A stretch of DNA of 64,000 bases from Perna viridis (taxonomy: Eukaryota), in assembly GCA_037379345.1 (NCBI GenBank), contig CM074513.1, forward strand, positions 14,260,001 to 14,324,000, given 5' to 3'. The notes beneath the pieces were generated by a model, which had not been told where the DNA came from, did not search any database, and was given only the letters and a program-made list of their open reading frames with translations. The translations under genes were made by a program, and so were the position numbers. How positions within the stretch are numbered: the first letter of the stretch is position 1; every line of letters starts with the position of its first letter. Shown piece by piece: positions 62,480-64,000 of the stretch.

Positions 62480-63472
62480 CTACAATTTAAAAAAAAGTAC
62501 TGATACAATTCACTAAATAAATGATTTATGTCTATTTGTGAATACTAAGGAGCGAGTGCCGTTCATGTACTGATAATGTAGCGTTCTTATTGCATCGCAA
62601 TAACCATTTAAAATTATTTTCAGCGGCGGGAATTTCAGCTACACTAAAAAATTAACCTCGGATGCAGAGAAAAAACAATTTTGAATTTATTGACGGAATT
62701 GTATAGTTGCGCTGATCAAAGAAGTTCTATCCACATCGAATTTTAGTAAGGTGTCATAAGGAATGAGGAACACTAACTCTTACATGAATATTATGACGAG
62801 GAGAGTAGCTAAGAAAAAAAGGAATCGTACTCGGTAAACGTTAGTCCAGTTCAGTTATAATATCAGAACCTGATAATTCGGCTAGTTAATCCGAGGTTTT
62901 TTCTTCTGTGTAACTAGGAAGGCTTAGTATGTCCGATATGAATTTCGAACTTTAAATCAACAATTTTATAACTTATGTTATGAAAGTGGACGTTGCTGTA
63001 CATTTATGTCCCCCGCTAATGATGTTTAAAGGTTTCACGAATGAATGGCCGATTGTGATTACAATTTGTAGCAAATGAATTCCCTTATCTTTTTTAAATT
63101 TCAACAAGTAATGTTAATCATCGAAATAGTTTATATAATATTTACTCACAGACATATCCGATTCTACTGGTCTTATTTTTTAACAAGTTTACTGACCGTT
63201 TATTCAAGCATCTTTTCTCAGAGCAAGCTAACAGTGCCCTCGATCAGAATGTAGCTTTATTTTATGACCGTTGTAGTCGTGCGATTTCGTGACCAATATG
63301 TTCATGGAATTTGTCTTAATTAATTGACTTTTTTTTTAACTCAACCAAATTTGTTAAACTTTTCTTCATTTGTGACAGTGCCAAAAGTATGCAAGCGGAT
63401 AATCATGAAATAAAACAAAAGCAATCGCTGGCACAGTAAGCATTAATTTGACTAGATAGAAACTTTTTTTAC

Positions 63473-63772
63473 CTTTGTGACATCTCTCTCTCTCTCGACC
63501 TGTTACTTCATAGGTTTTGATTTCCTTGGAAAGTTGTTCGTTCATATCATTTCCATCTAGAATCCGAATAAAAACTTCGCAGGCATTTTCGTCGCTTAGC
63601 TTCTCTAAAAGCTTTCGATTTTTCTCAATAGTAGAATTTAAAGCCCGTATTTCTTCTGAGTCTTCTGTTTTAAGAATGTCGTGCTTTATAAGATAGTCTA
63701 CAACCGAATCTGTCGATGCTAAATTGTTGATGATTTTATGGTAGAACTTTTGTATCTTTGTTCTGTTCTCTC
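63473..63772 (-). CDS. CARD (death-fold) domain exon, absent from the ORF track
   Basis: ttgtag acceptor and gtaaa donor, 300 nt open, phase 1/1. KIQKFYHKIINNLASTDSVVDYLIKHDILKTEDSEEIRALNSTIEKNRKLLEKL..ACEVFIRIL fits the CARD helix pattern. Confidence 0.8.
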
Positions 63773-64000
63773 CTACAACAATTTACAAAGTAATATGTCA
63801 ACTATTGCGATCTATTCTTAATGAGGTAATCAAAATCATGACATGAATTAATCAAACGTTATTTTGTATTGAACAAATGACAACGGGAGGCAGTTTCAAG
63901 TTTTTAGCTCTTCCAATACCATGTCTGCCGAAGTTGACTAGTACAAATTTCGGAATATTTGAATTTGGAATATCTCCTCCATATATACATGTACACCTCC

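Overview
Eukaryotic, AT-rich, repeat-dense genomic DNA. The gene content and repeat types suggest an invertebrate, probably a bivalve mollusc (inference). Four main parts. (1) The last four coding exons of an MMP21-like matrix metalloproteinase (+, 1750-8762). (2) About 26 kb of non-coding DNA with nested MITEs, a Helentron-type HINE and a TSD-flanked headless SINE-like element whose 5' end folds into a pseudoknot. (3) A GC-rich 13.7-kb endogenous Polinton/Maverick (adintovirus-type) element, 35052-48736. It has ~133-bp TIRs, an AGTAGT terminus and a 6-bp TSD, and encodes a truncated pPolB, adenain protease, rve integrase-chromodomain, PLA2 protein, packaging ATPase, major and minor capsid and core proteins. 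It is defective and carries a recent 2.78-kb internal tandem duplication. (4) A decayed Ngaro/DIRS tyrosine-recombinase retrotransposon (~50.3-53.4 kb) and a spliced NLR-like immune gene on the - strand (CARD, linker, nSTAND3-type NTPase, ankyrin repeats; 57036 to at least 63772) with a premature stop and a frameshift. Main observations: both TIRs encode the same 15-aa N-terminus on two unrelated inward-reading genes, with only silent differences; an internal Cys-rich gene looks like a paralog of the pPolB N-terminal extension; a TA(A/G)ATAAATG motif sits at nearly every viral gene junction; and a CARD exon is missing from the ORF track. All family assignments come from motif recognition by eye; no searches were run.
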